NCBI GenBank assembly: GCA_036630325.1
Contig: CP142727.1
Coordinates: forward strand, 1,240,001-1,304,000
Direction of reading: 5' to 3'
DNA from: Vairimorpha necatrix
Taxonomy: Eukaryota
DNA: 64,000 bases
The notes under the pieces are model-generated. The model did no database searches. It saw only the letters and a program-made list of their open reading frames with translations, and was not told where the DNA came from. A program made the position numbers and the translations under genes. How positions within the stretch are numbered: position 1 is the first letter of the stretch; each line of letters starts with the position of its first letter. Positions 39,180 through 51,434 of the stretch are shown in pieces.

Positions 39180-39897
39180 AAAATTGTTTCTACTTTCTAT
39201 GTTGAAGTTGGAACAACTCAGATGATGAAAATGTCCACGATATTCATTAATTTGATTCAATGAAACTTGTGTGTGTCCAGCCACAAGAGGATTAGCATCT
39301 TTGTAGAAACGCACCTCAAAGCCAAAAAGCAGTATCGCCCTTGTGGTGACTTAATAATACATAAAGGTATCTAATGGGTACGGCCTAGTTAGAGCCCATG
39401 GCTGGTGCACTCTAGAGTGGGATCATTAAGCTAACTTAGAGACTAGACGAAGTAGGGCAATAGAAGGTCTCGTGGACCCCATCCTAGAAGATTTTGTAAC
39501 ACGGTGGTCGAAACTAGTGGTAGACTGGTGGTCAACGCAGCCCAATAAAAATTGCGGACGGTGATGTGGTATGTAAGAAGTCGTGTGTGCAATACAGATT
39601 ATTGTGGAGATCTTTGAGTTAGTACAATTATGTCTTTCCTTGGGTTATAGATAACCATGACCGTTAAGTATATCCGCTGTGAGGTCACTCTGGACGCAAT
39701 TTGAGGTATAAATGGAAAGTGTTCTCCTGGAGCCAAAGTCCATTAAATACGGCGGAGCCTGGTGCGCCGTTAAGTTGCATGGAGAGAGTTTTAGTGAGTA
39801 AGAATCTTACAATACCAATTGGAGAAGGATAACACTAAAATTCTTCTGGTTCCTATGTAAGGGTTCTCTCTACCTCTTAATTGCAAGAAAAAGAAAA
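39110..39897 (+). mobile_element. tRNA-derived SINE-like element
   Basis: tRNA-like head with A and B boxes, ~700-bp GC-richer non-coding body, A-rich tail, degenerate flanking direct repeat (TTCATCTAAAATA 39095-39107 / TACATCCAAAAATA 39898-39911). Confidence 0.7.
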
Positions 39898-39959
39898 TAC
39901 ATCCAAAAATACTATTATAAAATTTAACAAACAAAAAAGTGTACAAAATTAAATTCTAT

Positions 39960-42095
39960 TTATTTTTTTTGTTTTTTCTTCAATATTTCTACTAATGCGT
40001 TGTGTATCTTTATTCCCACTTCCCCATTTATCTCATATAATATGTCGTGATTACTTAATAATTCCTTGATGTTTTGTAAATTTTTTTCACTTTCATTCTC
40101 ATGATTTGTGACCTCATTTTTAAAGGTGTCTATTATAACTTCTGGCAGCAATGTAATAGCCGCTCTTTTAATGTTTTTTGCTATAATTATTTCTATTCTT
40201 TTGATATAATTATTTTTAATTTCGGTCTGATATTTTTCTATTAAAACATTGTTATTTTTATCTTTTTTAATCTCTTTATCATTGAAAATTTTGCTTATTT
40301 CTTTTATGCCTTTTTCTATTAATTCTTTTGAATGTTTATCCTTATTTTCGCATAAAACTGCAATATTTTTGAAAAAAGCTTCTCTTTTTATTTCATTTAA
40401 TTTTTTTCTTAGTTGTTTTTTCTGTACTTTCTTTATTGTTTTTTCTAATCTAAAATCATTTGTAATGATTTCTAGCTCATTTAAAACCACATCATTGTTC
40501 TTATTAATCTCGGAAATATTAATATTCAGGGTTTGTTTTATTTCTTCTATGGTGATTTTATATTTTGTATTATCAAAAATACAATAAACATCTCTTAACC
40601 CCGTAAATGGAGCTATAAATATAACAACATACTCAAAAAATTCAAGATTGCAGTGTAAAATTTCATCTTTCAGAATAAAAATTTTTCTATAAATTTTCAT
40701 TAAATCAATATCATATACTTTGCATATTTTTGTGTTATGTGATTGTTCAATATTTTCTTGTATTAAAATACTAGTTCCAATTTTTTTTAGTTTGTTAAAT
40801 ATATATTCGGTGTTAACATCGTTACTATTGATAAATCTCTCTCCGGCTATAAACAAACAAATTTTTAACATTTCCTCTCCTAATCTCGAATTGTATAGTA
40901 TTTGAAGTTCTGTTTTATTTAATATGGATTTTATTGATCTGTGCTCCCAAAATTTCACATTTTTTATTAGTGAATTTGCAGTTGTTTTATCTATTAGCTC
41001 TTCATGTAATAATATTTGTACAAATATTATATTTAGGGCGGTCTTAGGTTTATTTATTAGTTGATCAATAATAAACTCGACTTGATTATTTTTTTGTAAT
41101 AAGCGATAAAATAATTCTATTTCTTTATATTGATTATTTGTTTTAATATAGGTAACCCTTTTAAAAATATCCTCGAATTCATAAAATAATTTTCTTCTGA
41201 TGATTTTGTGTAGACATTTGTATAATGAGTAACAACGATCTCCAGATGGCGGATAAAACACTATCTGTTTATTTACTCTGTCTAATTTGATAAAAATTTT
41301 ATTTTCAATTTTGATTTCATTGGTCGAGCATTTAAGTGAATTCACGTAAGAATTAAATTTAAAGTCCTGAATTGTCGCAAACTTGTTTAGTTTAACAATA
41401 TTCTTTAGCATATCGCCATTATTTTTATTATTTCGATAGTAGTTAGAAATAAACAATGAGTAAAACTGTTCACTCTTAGTTTCGTCTAAATTAAGTGAAA
41501 ATATATAACGAATACTTTCATATTCAATCCAAAAGGCAATCCATACCATATTTTTAAAATATTTGTGAGTTATTGGTAAATGATAATTGTTAAAAGCCAT
41601 TTCGTCACATTTTCCATCAAATTTGGTTTTTGATAATAATTTTGCAAAAAAGCTATTTTTTTTAACAATATATTCATAATAAATTCCTTTCCTGCTTGAT
41701 TTCCTTTCTTTATTTTCTTTCTTTAATCTTCTCATTATTTTCTTTATAATTTGATCATGATAATTGTAATTATAAACCAATATTACAAAATCGAAATAGT
41801 TAATTGTTTCATATTTTATTATTTGTTCTTCTAGTACTTTATTAAGACTGTAAATATCCATATTGTCAATTATAAAGTCTTTTGTAAATTGACTCGTTTC
41901 TGCTTTTATATTTCCCCTTATTACATTATTTTCTTGATCAAAATCTATCATCACTCGTAAGTATTTTTTATTATAATCAAATCTATAAAAATTATTTCTC
42001 TTTATAAGATTTAGTATCTGTTTATAAATTTCTTTGTATCCAATTTTTTCATTTTGTGTTAAAAATAACAAAGAAAATATAAAAATTAAATTCAT
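39960..42095 (-). CDS. Hypothetical secreted protein, 711 aa
   Basis: CCCCC-ATG, signal peptide MNLIFIFSLLFLT, long uninterrupted ORF with Lys-rich helical C-terminus; no family recognised. Confidence 0.85.
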   Translation of the reverse strand: MNLIFIFSLLFLTQNEKIGYKEIYKQILNLIKRNNFYRFDYNKKYLRVMIDFDQENNVIRGNIKAETSQFTKDFIIDNMDIYSLNKVLEEQIIKYETINYFDFVILVYNYNYHDQIIKKIMRRLKKENKERKSSRKGIYYEYIVKKNSFFAKLLSKTKFDGKCDEMAFNNYHLPITHKYFKNMVWIAFWIEYESIRYIFSLNLDETKSEQFYSLFISNYYRNNKNNGDMLKNIVKLNKFATIQDFKFNSYVNSLKCSTNEIKIENKIFIKLDRVNKQIVFYPPSGDRCYSLYKCLHKIIRRKLFYEFEDIFKRVTYIKTNNQYKEIELFYRLLQKNNQVEFIIDQLINKPKTALNIIFVQILLHEELIDKTTANSLIKNVKFWEHRSIKSILNKTELQILYNSRLGEEMLKICLFIAGERFINSNDVNTEYIFNKLKKIGTSILIQENIEQSHNTKICKVYDIDLMKIYRKIFILKDEILHCNLEFFEYVVIFIAPFTGLRDVYCIFDNTKYKITIEEIKQTLNINISEINKNNDVVLNELEIITNDFRLEKTIKKVQKKQLRKKLNEIKREAFFKNIAVLCENKDKHSKELIEKGIKEISKIFNDKEIKKDKNNNVLIEKYQTEIKNNYIKRIEIIIAKNIKRAAITLLPEVIIDTFKNEVTNHENESEKNLQNIKELLSNHDILYEINGEVGIKIHNALVEILKKKQKK

Positions 42096-42250
42096 GGGGG
42101 CAAATTGTCAGTCTTGAAATATTATAATGAAAATTTTTTTAATAAAAAAAATCATTAACGTTACTTTTAAAAAAATATTATTGACTCGCACAAAAAAATT
42201 ATTTTATTGTAATTTTGTTATAAGATAAAATAAATTATTGATATAAATTC

Positions 42251-43057
42251 AGCTCAGCAGGATACTTACAGCCCATGCATTTGAGGTGTAAGATTTTTTT
42301 TTCGAACCTCGAAAACGAAGTGCAAAAAAAGTAGAAGCAAAAAGAGACAAAAATTAATAAGCACTTATGATTATAAAAAAACCAAATAAAAAAAAATTTA
42401 GATACAGAAATTTGGTTTAAAAAAAAAAGTATTAATCATTTTAATAATTATGCATTTTTTGCCCCTAACTTGCTGGATTTGAGGTCTAAAATGCCCCTTC
42501 TCAGAGGGTGTTCGCATTATTTTTTTGAACCGCAAAAACGAAGTGCAAATTCGGAGCAGTAAACATTAACACTCAAATACTTGCATCTTTAAACAATATC
42601 AATACCAAATTAATATATATTTTTAAATAAAATACAATTTAAAAAACGAATGTCTTTACTAAACTATAATTTTTTAATTGTTTTAACAATTTTTATTAAA
42701 AAACAGTCTAGATTTTAAAATATGTATTAAATTTTTTTGTATTTAAATCATATTTCTTCTTTCAATTGTTCGTTCATTTTAAAAGAAGATTATGAAGAAA
42801 TCACCTAATATAATTAAGAAACAACCAAAAAAATTTAAAAAATCGAAACATATAAAACGCATAAAAAATAAAATGATCAAAATTTTATTTAACATAAATT
42901 TTCCTATCTAAGTATATTCTTATTTATTTTTTATAATATAAGAACTACCTAGTAATTTTTGTCTCTTCATTCCTCCTCCTTTTTTTGCACTTCGTTTTAG
43001 GGTTCGAAAAAAAAATCTTACACCCTCAAATGCGTGGGTTGTTAGTTTTCTTTGGCC
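42251..43057. mobile_element. MITE family copy A (older, diverged)
   Basis: Long TIRs (CCCAxGCATTTGAGG(G)TGTAAGATTTTTTT..CGAACC...GAAGTGCAAAA); internal layout as in copies B-D; left end and TSD degenerate. Confidence 0.8.
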
Positions 43058-43699
43058 AAATAAACTTAATCCATAAGTATTTATAATTATTTTTTTTATT
43101 CTAGATTCTAATTTGGCAATTATTGACAACAAGAAAAAGATTTCAATAAATAACTTGTTTGGCCTAAAAATTATTTAACATGCACAGTTGTAAATAATGA
43201 TGCATAAGTGCTATGCGATATGGTATATTGATCGTAGATTTATATATATAATTCAATTTAAATTTTTTTGTTCAAATAAAATTCTATTTACTAATCACTG
43301 GGAAGATTGTTGGCTAAAAGCAGCATTAGTGTGAAAAAATATTAAGGGTCAAAATTTTGAAAAAATTGCTCCTTTTAAAAAAAAAGATAGATATTATAAG
43401 TAATTAAGATATTGGTAGGTTGATATAAGCCAATTAAAGTAGAAAAAACCAAATAAAAAAATGAGGTTTAAATACAGCCAAAGTATTAACTGAAACTTGC
43501 CTTTTAAAAGTCAAAGTTTTAATAAGCACGCACAGATTTTATAATTTGAAATTTTTTAAAAATAGAAAGATAAAACATTTATTATGGCTAAAAATTTTTT
43601 GTAGATCTTTTTAAAAAAAGTAATCCAATTTTTATAGTATTGGGTCATAATAAACAAAGCGTAAGTTACATCTTTTAAAAATTCTATAAAGTAAATATT

Positions 43700-44700
43700 T
43701 TATGATAGGTATTCGAATAAACTTTGACAAATAAAACCGATTAAATAGTTGTAGAGGAAGAAATAAAAATAATATGTAAAAAGCATAAGAAAAGTTACAT
43801 AGAGGTGCAAAACCAATTCTTTATAACTTAGAAACGACTATATTTGGCCTGATATTATAACACTAACCAAAAGAGAATAGATATTGTACTATACGTAAGA
43901 TGTATAATCCTAAGAAAAACAAAAAATTTAAAGTCGTAACAACGTATTCTTCGGGCGAAAAGATAAGTTTAGAAATTAAACTCTATAAACAAATTTAAAT
44001 AATAAAAGGATTAGATTATTACACCAGAAAAGGATTTGCTAAAAATTTTAACAATAGGTCCGGGTAAAAAGTAGCCCTATTTATAAAGGAAATTAATAAT
44101 CAGATACCGATAAAAACGCTTGTTAGGACAGCTCAAAAGAAAATTTCAGCAATTGTGTTATGAATATTGCAAGTACAAATGATGTTAAGGTACATTATAC
44201 GACACAATTCCATCATCAATCGAACGGAAGAGTGGAAATGTCTAATAGGACACTACAAGAGATGGTGAATAGAAACTATGATGATAAGTTTTAGAAAGCA
44301 AAAGTGCAGAATGCTATTCTAATATATAATAGTTTTTATCACGTAAGATTGTATGCATACCAAACAAATCATCGGATAAAAAATATAAAGAATTGGTTAA
44401 AACAACACAATTTAATAATATATTACAATATTTAAAGGCAAAAATAAATTGCCGAAGATAGAAGTCTTTTCTAAGGAGATTACGGGGTTCATAAAGAACG
44501 AAAATGTGACAAAATGGAAACCGAGATATTTGAAAAAGGATATATTTCCACTGATTTGGGAGAAAATCTATATTTAATAAAAATGGGTACCAAGTCTTAC
44601 AAAGACATGCCTCTTAATTAGAAAGACTTGTGGACAAAAAGTTAATTCGAAAAAGAAAAAGTTGTTGATTATAATAATTAAAATAAATTAACCCCTATTT
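43700..44700 (+). mobile_element. Decayed Ty3/gypsy integrase region with PPT and 3' LTR start
   Basis: HHQSNGRVEMSNRTL at 44211-44255 (integrase catalytic-E motif); C-terminal YLIKMG..YK(R)H; purine tract 44649-44661 followed by TGTT at 44663. Boundaries approximate. Confidence 0.7.
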
Positions 44701-46377
44701 AAAAATAAATCCATAGTCAAACAGTAGTCGGAAACAAATATTATTTTATTCAATATCTATAAAGAATGTCATATTTAATATCATTGTCACATTATATTTT
44801 AATGATCTAGTACATCTACAACCTAAAATTAAACTAAAATTTTAAATGGACATAACCACATAGCTGTACTGTTAATTGCTTAAATGCAAAAGTATGAGGT
44901 TTTTTTTGTCATTAAAAGCAAAATAACAGATCAAAGAAAATTCCATAGAATGAAAAATTTCAATTGTGTGAAACCTTGAATACAAAAGGGGTTCTCATAT
45001 CAACTATGTTTTTTAGCAAAGTTTAATCAATCACGTTTATCTTATATAATCATTAAAGTGTTGTGCAAAGTCTTTCTAGCGTTATGTTTATATTTAAGAT
45101 ATTTTTTTTTAGTCCAATGTTGTAATTGTCATATATTATGCTTTTAAATCAAAATTTAGAATTGAAATATTAAGAATTTTTTTATAGGCAAAACTGTGAA
45201 ATACATAAAACAAATGTAGTTGAGCTCAATTCATGAATATAACTGAATTTTATAAAATTTTTCGATTTCTTCAATTATTACTAACATGTGTAAATCAAAA
45301 TTTTTTATATGCGAAAACAAAAAGATTTAATGTATTATTGTAAAATTTGGTTGTTTTTTACAAAATAAAAATTTTTTAATGATATTTCTAAATTTTTTAC
45401 AGATCATTAAATTACAAATTAGCTATTTAAACTTAATTTAAAGATGTACCTTGTTTGATCAAAATTTCCTATTTTTGTGAATAAAAAGGCTTTTTGTAAA
45501 TTGTCATATCAACTGATTCGGATAATTATATTTAACTATGATTTCAAATATTTGGCACAGGTTTTTTTTTATTATCTTACAGAAAAGATCGCGAATAAAA
45601 ACTCTTTAAATAAAAAAAATGAAATACTGCCTTTGGATTTTTTAAAATATGGATGAAAACAAATTCTATACGTAAGAATTTAATATTGATCCTAAAAATT
45701 TAATCTAGATAATAAGATTAAATTAAAAAACATAAAAGTGTGGCCAAAAACTTAAAATTCATATTTACATAAATAATGTATCAACAAATAATTATGAATT
45801 ACCTTAAAAATAAATTTTAATTATCAGCCAGAATGCTCTTTATGCCTCAGCGGATAAAATAGATACAATTTTCAGAAAAAAACACAATACAGAGTGTATT
45901 ATTGGCAACAAGATAAACAATACTAAAACAACATGATTCCTAAGTTGGCAAAGGTCGAGAGCAAAAAATTAGACCGTAAATAAATATATTCCCGCAGATT
46001 AATAACCAGAAGATATTTATTAAAAATAGTGTTTTTCATAAAAATGATACCAAAAATGTAATGTTCTTAATTTTAGAGTTAATATATTTTTGTAGATCTT
46101 GTGCAAACAATCGAATAATTAAAAAAAATTCCAAAATCAAAACTTTATGAGTTTATCATATAATTTTCACGAAAAAGTAATAAAAAACAATACTGTAACC
46201 TGAACACAAAATTCGGACATGAAAATAAATATTGTCCTCACGAATACAAACGTCATCTATTGTTAGATTTTGCCAACTAATTTTTAATTTTGAAAAGGTA
46301 GTTTTCAGCAAAAACTCTTTTTGGGCACCTGTTTTGGTGATCCTAATATAAATTGTTGAAAATATAAAATAAAATGT

Positions 46378-47829
46378 TTAATTTACTATGATATCGTGTT
46401 TTCGACCGATTATCTCGCAAAGATCTTTTATACGTCCACATAAAGACGCCCTTTGTCTATAAAAACTATCAAAATTTACTAAAAGGATCATAAGATCCGC
46501 TAATATTTGTTTTTCACGAATATCAATTCCCGTAATTTTATTTTCGAATGAAAAATAAACCAATTCAATTAAATCTGGTAAATTAAGATCAACAACAATC
46601 TTTTCAATTCTCCAATAATCTAATGAAAGATAATAAAGCAACTCAAAAGATCTATTCTTTATTTGTAACCGTCGACTTTTTGGTATTACAAACTTGCTAA
46701 CCGAAATGATAAAATTTAATGATTTGATAATTAGTTCATTGTCATGAGATGTTAAGGAAATGACTTGTTTTTTTATCTTCTCGGCGCATATTGTCAAGCT
46801 AATTCGAAAATTTGGAAATATATGCGTTAAATAACTTCTATATTGTTTGATTTTTTTCATATCTAATCGATTAAAGTCAACTGTTATTTTTTTAGTGGGT
46901 ATATTTTGTGAAAAAAAAAACTCTTGGCTTTTAATTTGATCAAATTTAAGATTTAGTTCTCTTAACAGTGGATCCAACCATACACCACTAGTAATTATGT
47001 TTCTTACATTATCGTCATAGTTTAAATTCTGGCCTTTCTTATTTAAAATCGTTTCACGAAGTAACATTTTATGTTTATTTATCGTCGGCGCTGAGTCACA
47101 GGTATTAGGATGTATATTGTAAATTTCAGCTCCATTTGTTCGACCACTTTGTTCTGAGATTGAGCAAATTTCATTTGAATTATTTATTAAATTTCTTTGA
47201 TTCAATTCTTCTTCGTCTGAAAATCCCACATGAAAACTATTGGGTATGTTTACATCAAAACTAATGTCGTTATCTTCTTCGTTTAAAGTTTCTTTACACA
47301 TTAAATCCTCAATGTTCATATTGTCTGCCGCGTCATCATAATTGGCTTGACTTATTTCTTCATGATTTTTCTTATAAAATATTAAATTTTTATTTCTTAC
47401 ATTGTTTTCAAAAAAATTGCAGTATTTTTGTTTATTACTAATAATAGATTGTTTTCTATGAAATGGATATTCATTGGGCACATTATTTGATTCTTTATCA
47501 CAGTTAACTTGATGAATGAGCCTAGAAGGTACCTTTTCGTTTATAAAAAGTTCATTTGAAACATAAGTCGCACCCGTATCACAATCAATTTGTTCATTAT
47601 CTTTATATGCAATTGCTTCGTGTAGTATATAATTGCTATTAAGATGTTCTGGTGTTTCCTCTATGCTTTTACTTTCATTAATCCCTAATATCGTCTCGAT
47701 ATCTTCTTCAGTATTTCCTAAAATTGCGTCTATATGTTCATTGGTAAATCCTAGAACGGATTCGATATTTTCAATGTTTGTTAATTTACTAATCTTTATA
47801 CATTTTGCTAAAGAAAAAAATAAAAACAT
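46378..47829 (-). CDS. Secreted protein of local multigene family
   Basis: MFLFFSLAKC signal peptide; ESVLGFTNEHIDAIL motif; conserved C-terminal domain (LIIKSLNFIISV..F.IP...YYLSLDYW). Confidence 0.9.
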   Translation of the reverse strand: MFLFFSLAKCIKISKLTNIENIESVLGFTNEHIDAILGNTEEDIETILGINESKSIEETPEHLNSNYILHEAIAYKDNEQIDCDTGATYVSNELFINEKVPSRLIHQVNCDKESNNVPNEYPFHRKQSIISNKQKYCNFFENNVRNKNLIFYKKNHEEISQANYDDAADNMNIEDLMCKETLNEEDNDISFDVNIPNSFHVGFSDEEELNQRNLINNSNEICSISEQSGRTNGAEIYNIHPNTCDSAPTINKHKMLLRETILNKKGQNLNYDDNVRNIITSGVWLDPLLRELNLKFDQIKSQEFFFSQNIPTKKITVDFNRLDMKKIKQYRSYLTHIFPNFRISLTICAEKIKKQVISLTSHDNELIIKSLNFIISVSKFVIPKSRRLQIKNRSFELLYYLSLDYWRIEKIVVDLNLPDLIELVYFSFENKITGIDIREKQILADLMILLVNFDSFYRQRASLCGRIKDLCEIIGRKHDIIVN

Positions 47830-47867
47830 ATGGATTAATTAAAATCGGCCCATAATATAGGATCGAA

Positions 47868-47884
47868 TTAAGAACAACTTTATT
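47868..47884 (-). promoter_or_regulatory. Shared upstream motif of secreted-protein family
   Basis: TTAAGAACAACTTTATT (plus strand); similar motifs at 55148-55164 and 60225-60241 at a similar distance from the ATG. Confidence 0.5.
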
Positions 47885-48268
47885 TTTTTCGGAAATGAAC
47901 TTGATATTTGAATTGAAATGTTATAAAAAATCTTTTTTAAAAACGAAAAATTTTTATATGATTTAATTATGTGCGGAAGGGTCAAATATATCATATATAA
48001 GTATTAAAATTTGACATGTCGTTAAATATATCCAAGTTAAGAAAATTTCATAAAAACATTTACTTACATATTTACATTAAAAAAAACACAACAACTTTTT
48101 AATATTGTTATTTCTCACATTGTATAATAATTTTTTTGCATCAATATTTTTTTTAATTTTTTGATAAGAAAAATCACAATTCTGTTTTTTTGATTTTTAT
48201 TTATAGAAATTCCGCATATCGAAAATTTTTATAATTGTAAAAAAATTATGTACAGCCAAACTATTATA

Positions 48269-49111
48269 GGCTGAAGATGCCTAAACACCCCCCCCCCATC
48301 AGAGGGTGTTCACTTTATTTTTTCGAACCCCAAAATTGAAGTGCAAAATAAAGGAGGGGCAAAGAAGAGACAAAAATTACTAAGCACTTATTACATTAAA
48401 AACAAGAAATAAACATACGTTTATGTACAGAATTATATTTTAATTTAAGTTTGTATATTTATAACAATTGATAAGCAGTTTTTACCCTTCTGATATATTG
48501 GAATTGGGGACCAAAATGCTCCCCTCTGAGGGTGTTCACTTTATTATTTTGAACCCCCAAAACGAAGTGCAAAATAAAGGAGGAGCAATCATTAGCACTC
48601 AAATTACTTGCATCTTTAAACGGTAAAAATACCAAATAATTATATATTTGTATACGAAATTTAATTTAAAAAAAGAATATAATCATAAAACTACATAATT
48701 CTAAATAACTTAGCATCTTTCAAATTAATATTTTTTGATTTAACAATCTGTATAGATCGTTGAACATTTATTTAAATTTTCTTATATAAATAATATTTAT
48801 AATTTTAATTACTGGTTTATTATAAAAGTAGATTTTTGAAGAAAATCTACTTTTATAATAAACCAGTAATTAAAAAAAAATTTAGAAAAATAAGAAGGGC
48901 AAAAAAGATACAACACTTTAAATGATTATTAGAAATACATTTAAAATTAATTTTTGTATACAAGCATATATTTATTTATTATTTTTAATGTCATAAATGC
49001 TTAGTAATTTTTGTCTCTTCTTTGCTCCTCCTTTATTTTGCACTTCAATTTTGGGGTTCAAAAAAATAAAGTGAACACCCTCTGATGGGGGGTGTTTCGG
49101 ATTGTTCCTCC
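48269..49111. mobile_element. MITE family copy B (843 bp), Merlin-like
   Basis: GG...CC ends, long TIRs, perfect 8-bp TSD CTATTATA (48261-48268 / 49112-49119). Confidence 0.92.
48803..48875. repeat. Perfect 34-bp inverted repeat with TGAAG loop inside MITE B
   Basis: TTTTAATTACTGGTTTATTATAAAAGTAGATTTT-TGAAG-exact reverse complement. Confidence 0.95.
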
Positions 49112-51413
49112 CTATTATACAATAGTATCGCAATATAGAATAACATACGATAGAAGCCATGGTCTGTATTTATTATTTTCCGATTGTTACATTAACAATT
49201 ATTCGTTTTTAGCCCATATATTGAAAAAAAATTAAAGATTTCAGAATCTAAACTAATTTAATAAGAACATAAAATCTTTATTAGTATTTGAATAATATAA
49301 CATAATAAAATGAGGAAATAATGACCAAAATTTGTAAATTTCTAAATTATTTCATATTTACGGTAAGGCATATTGAACCGGTTAGAATAATTCAATTTAC
49401 AATAAATATGTCTAATATAAAATTACGAGGAAGATCTTGAAACGACCAAGGAAGAAATAAGCGTAGGCTAAATAGATCAATGTTTTTAAAGTGACTAGAA
49501 TATACACTATTCTCCGATTCGAAAGATTAACCATTTCCTATCATAGGAATGTCTGTAAATCTTACAATCACGTTAATTCAAGAAACCAATTTATAAAATG
49601 TAGAATTTTAAACAAATCTGATTCTGAGAAAAAAAATATAAGATTGAAAGTCTATATTTTAATGTTAAAATATACTAAATTTTACGTGCAAAAAATAAAT
49701 TTTTATTTTTAATTTTACTTTAAATTGCCAAAAATTTAAGATGACATTATATTACGACCAGCTACCTTCGAAGATTTTTTATACGTTTACATATGTTGGT
49801 TTTTTTGTATTAAAGTTATCAAAATTATTTTAACAAGACCCCCAAACATTTATAATTTTTCAAATTTGAGTCATTAGGCTAGTCATTTTTAACAAATTTA
49901 TAATATATTGATTTTCACAAAGGCTGCAAGTTTATCTTTAAAAAATTTTCCAAATTTCTTTCGATTTATGAAAAATTAGATAACAAGGGGGAAATGCCAT
50001 TTTTGGTATTTAATATTTACTCTTGGCATAAATAATCCAAATAGCAGTAATGAAATTTATAAATCAATAAATTAATCCATTGTTTTGTGATTCATGTATA
50101 TGACTTTTTTTTCTCAACGGCATATGTTTTTATGTTTTTCTAAAATAAACATTTATGCATTAAACATACTACATTAAGTTATATAATATTTCTTATAGTA
50201 TTGCTGAAATTAAATCGAACTTTTTTAGTTTACCCATTTAAAAAAAATTTCTCGGTTTTGCAAAGTAACAAATTAATTTTTTGTTTTTTAAAATTCGCTG
50301 TCAAGTTTTTTTTATAGATCATTATTATCGTATAAATTTTATTTTGTTTTTTTCTCATTTAAAAAAATCCTAATAAAAATTAACTCTAATTTTAGTTGTA
50401 TTGTGTTATAAATAATTGAGTGTTTTTCAAAAGTAGCTTAATCTTCATATTTAAATTTTTTATTTATTTGGTTACCCTTTATTTTATCGCAACTAAAATG
50501 TAGGTATTTATCTTGATATGTCACATAATGTTTAATATCAGTTTGTATTCCATCGATCGAAATCTTGTATTGTTTTAAAATTATCTTGACTCAGTCCATC
50601 TTTGTGTAATACTTTGATTGCAGTTTGTTATAACTAATTTACCCGTGAATAAATTAAGATCCTCATTATATGGGTTTTTACACATAAAAATCCATTTATA
50701 ATTTACCTGCCATTACTTCAAGATAATTAAGTTTAGTACTAGTGATTCTTCGCAATTTTGAGAGATAATTATTTGTGATATTGTTACACAATACCCAGTT
50801 AACAGGTTTATTAATTATTTTTATTAGGTTCGTTTTTTTAATTTAGATCTCATTTTGGTTTATAAGTCATTCGTATCTCTGTATTAATGTAATAGCTTGT
50901 ATCACGAACCGTCTTTTCGAGTGCAAAATTTAAATCTCTAATTCGCTAACGATTTGACCATTTTCCGTCGAAGGTTCTTCTCAAGTAATATATCAGCACT
51001 CTTATGATGTTTTAATATGTTAATATATTTTTCTCTATGTTAAAACCTAAAATTGTTTTTTTGAATTCTTCAATATTGTAAAAAAAGGCGTATGAATCTT
51101 CATTGCTAAATCATAAATTAGAATCGATAATTGATCCATCTGAAATATAACTGAACTTATAACAATTTTATAAAGAAATGAAATAAAATATTTTAAATAG
51201 AAAAAATCAGGATTCTAAATAACAACAAAATAAGATCAGCCATATTTTCATGTAAAAAAAATTGTTCTGGGGAACAAATCTTGTTAAAACAACCCAGTAA
51301 TATTTTGATGGACAAAAAAGTCTAAAGAGTTTATTTCTTAAAATGTGTTTACCTTAATTTTTTTATCGAATCTAAAATTTTATATGAGTATAATGTCTAA
51401 ATAGTGGTTTTGC

Positions 51414-51434
51414 ATATATATATATATATATATA
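51414..51434. repeat. (AT)10 microsatellite
   Basis: Read directly from the sequence. Confidence 0.8.

Noticed and set aside
42920-49160. Similar short ORFs 42920-43132 and 48972-49160 (KGG.K.QKLL) looking like a small gene family
   Set aside because: Both run through the right TIR of the MITE; the similarity is repeat DNA, and their starts lie in unrelated flanks.
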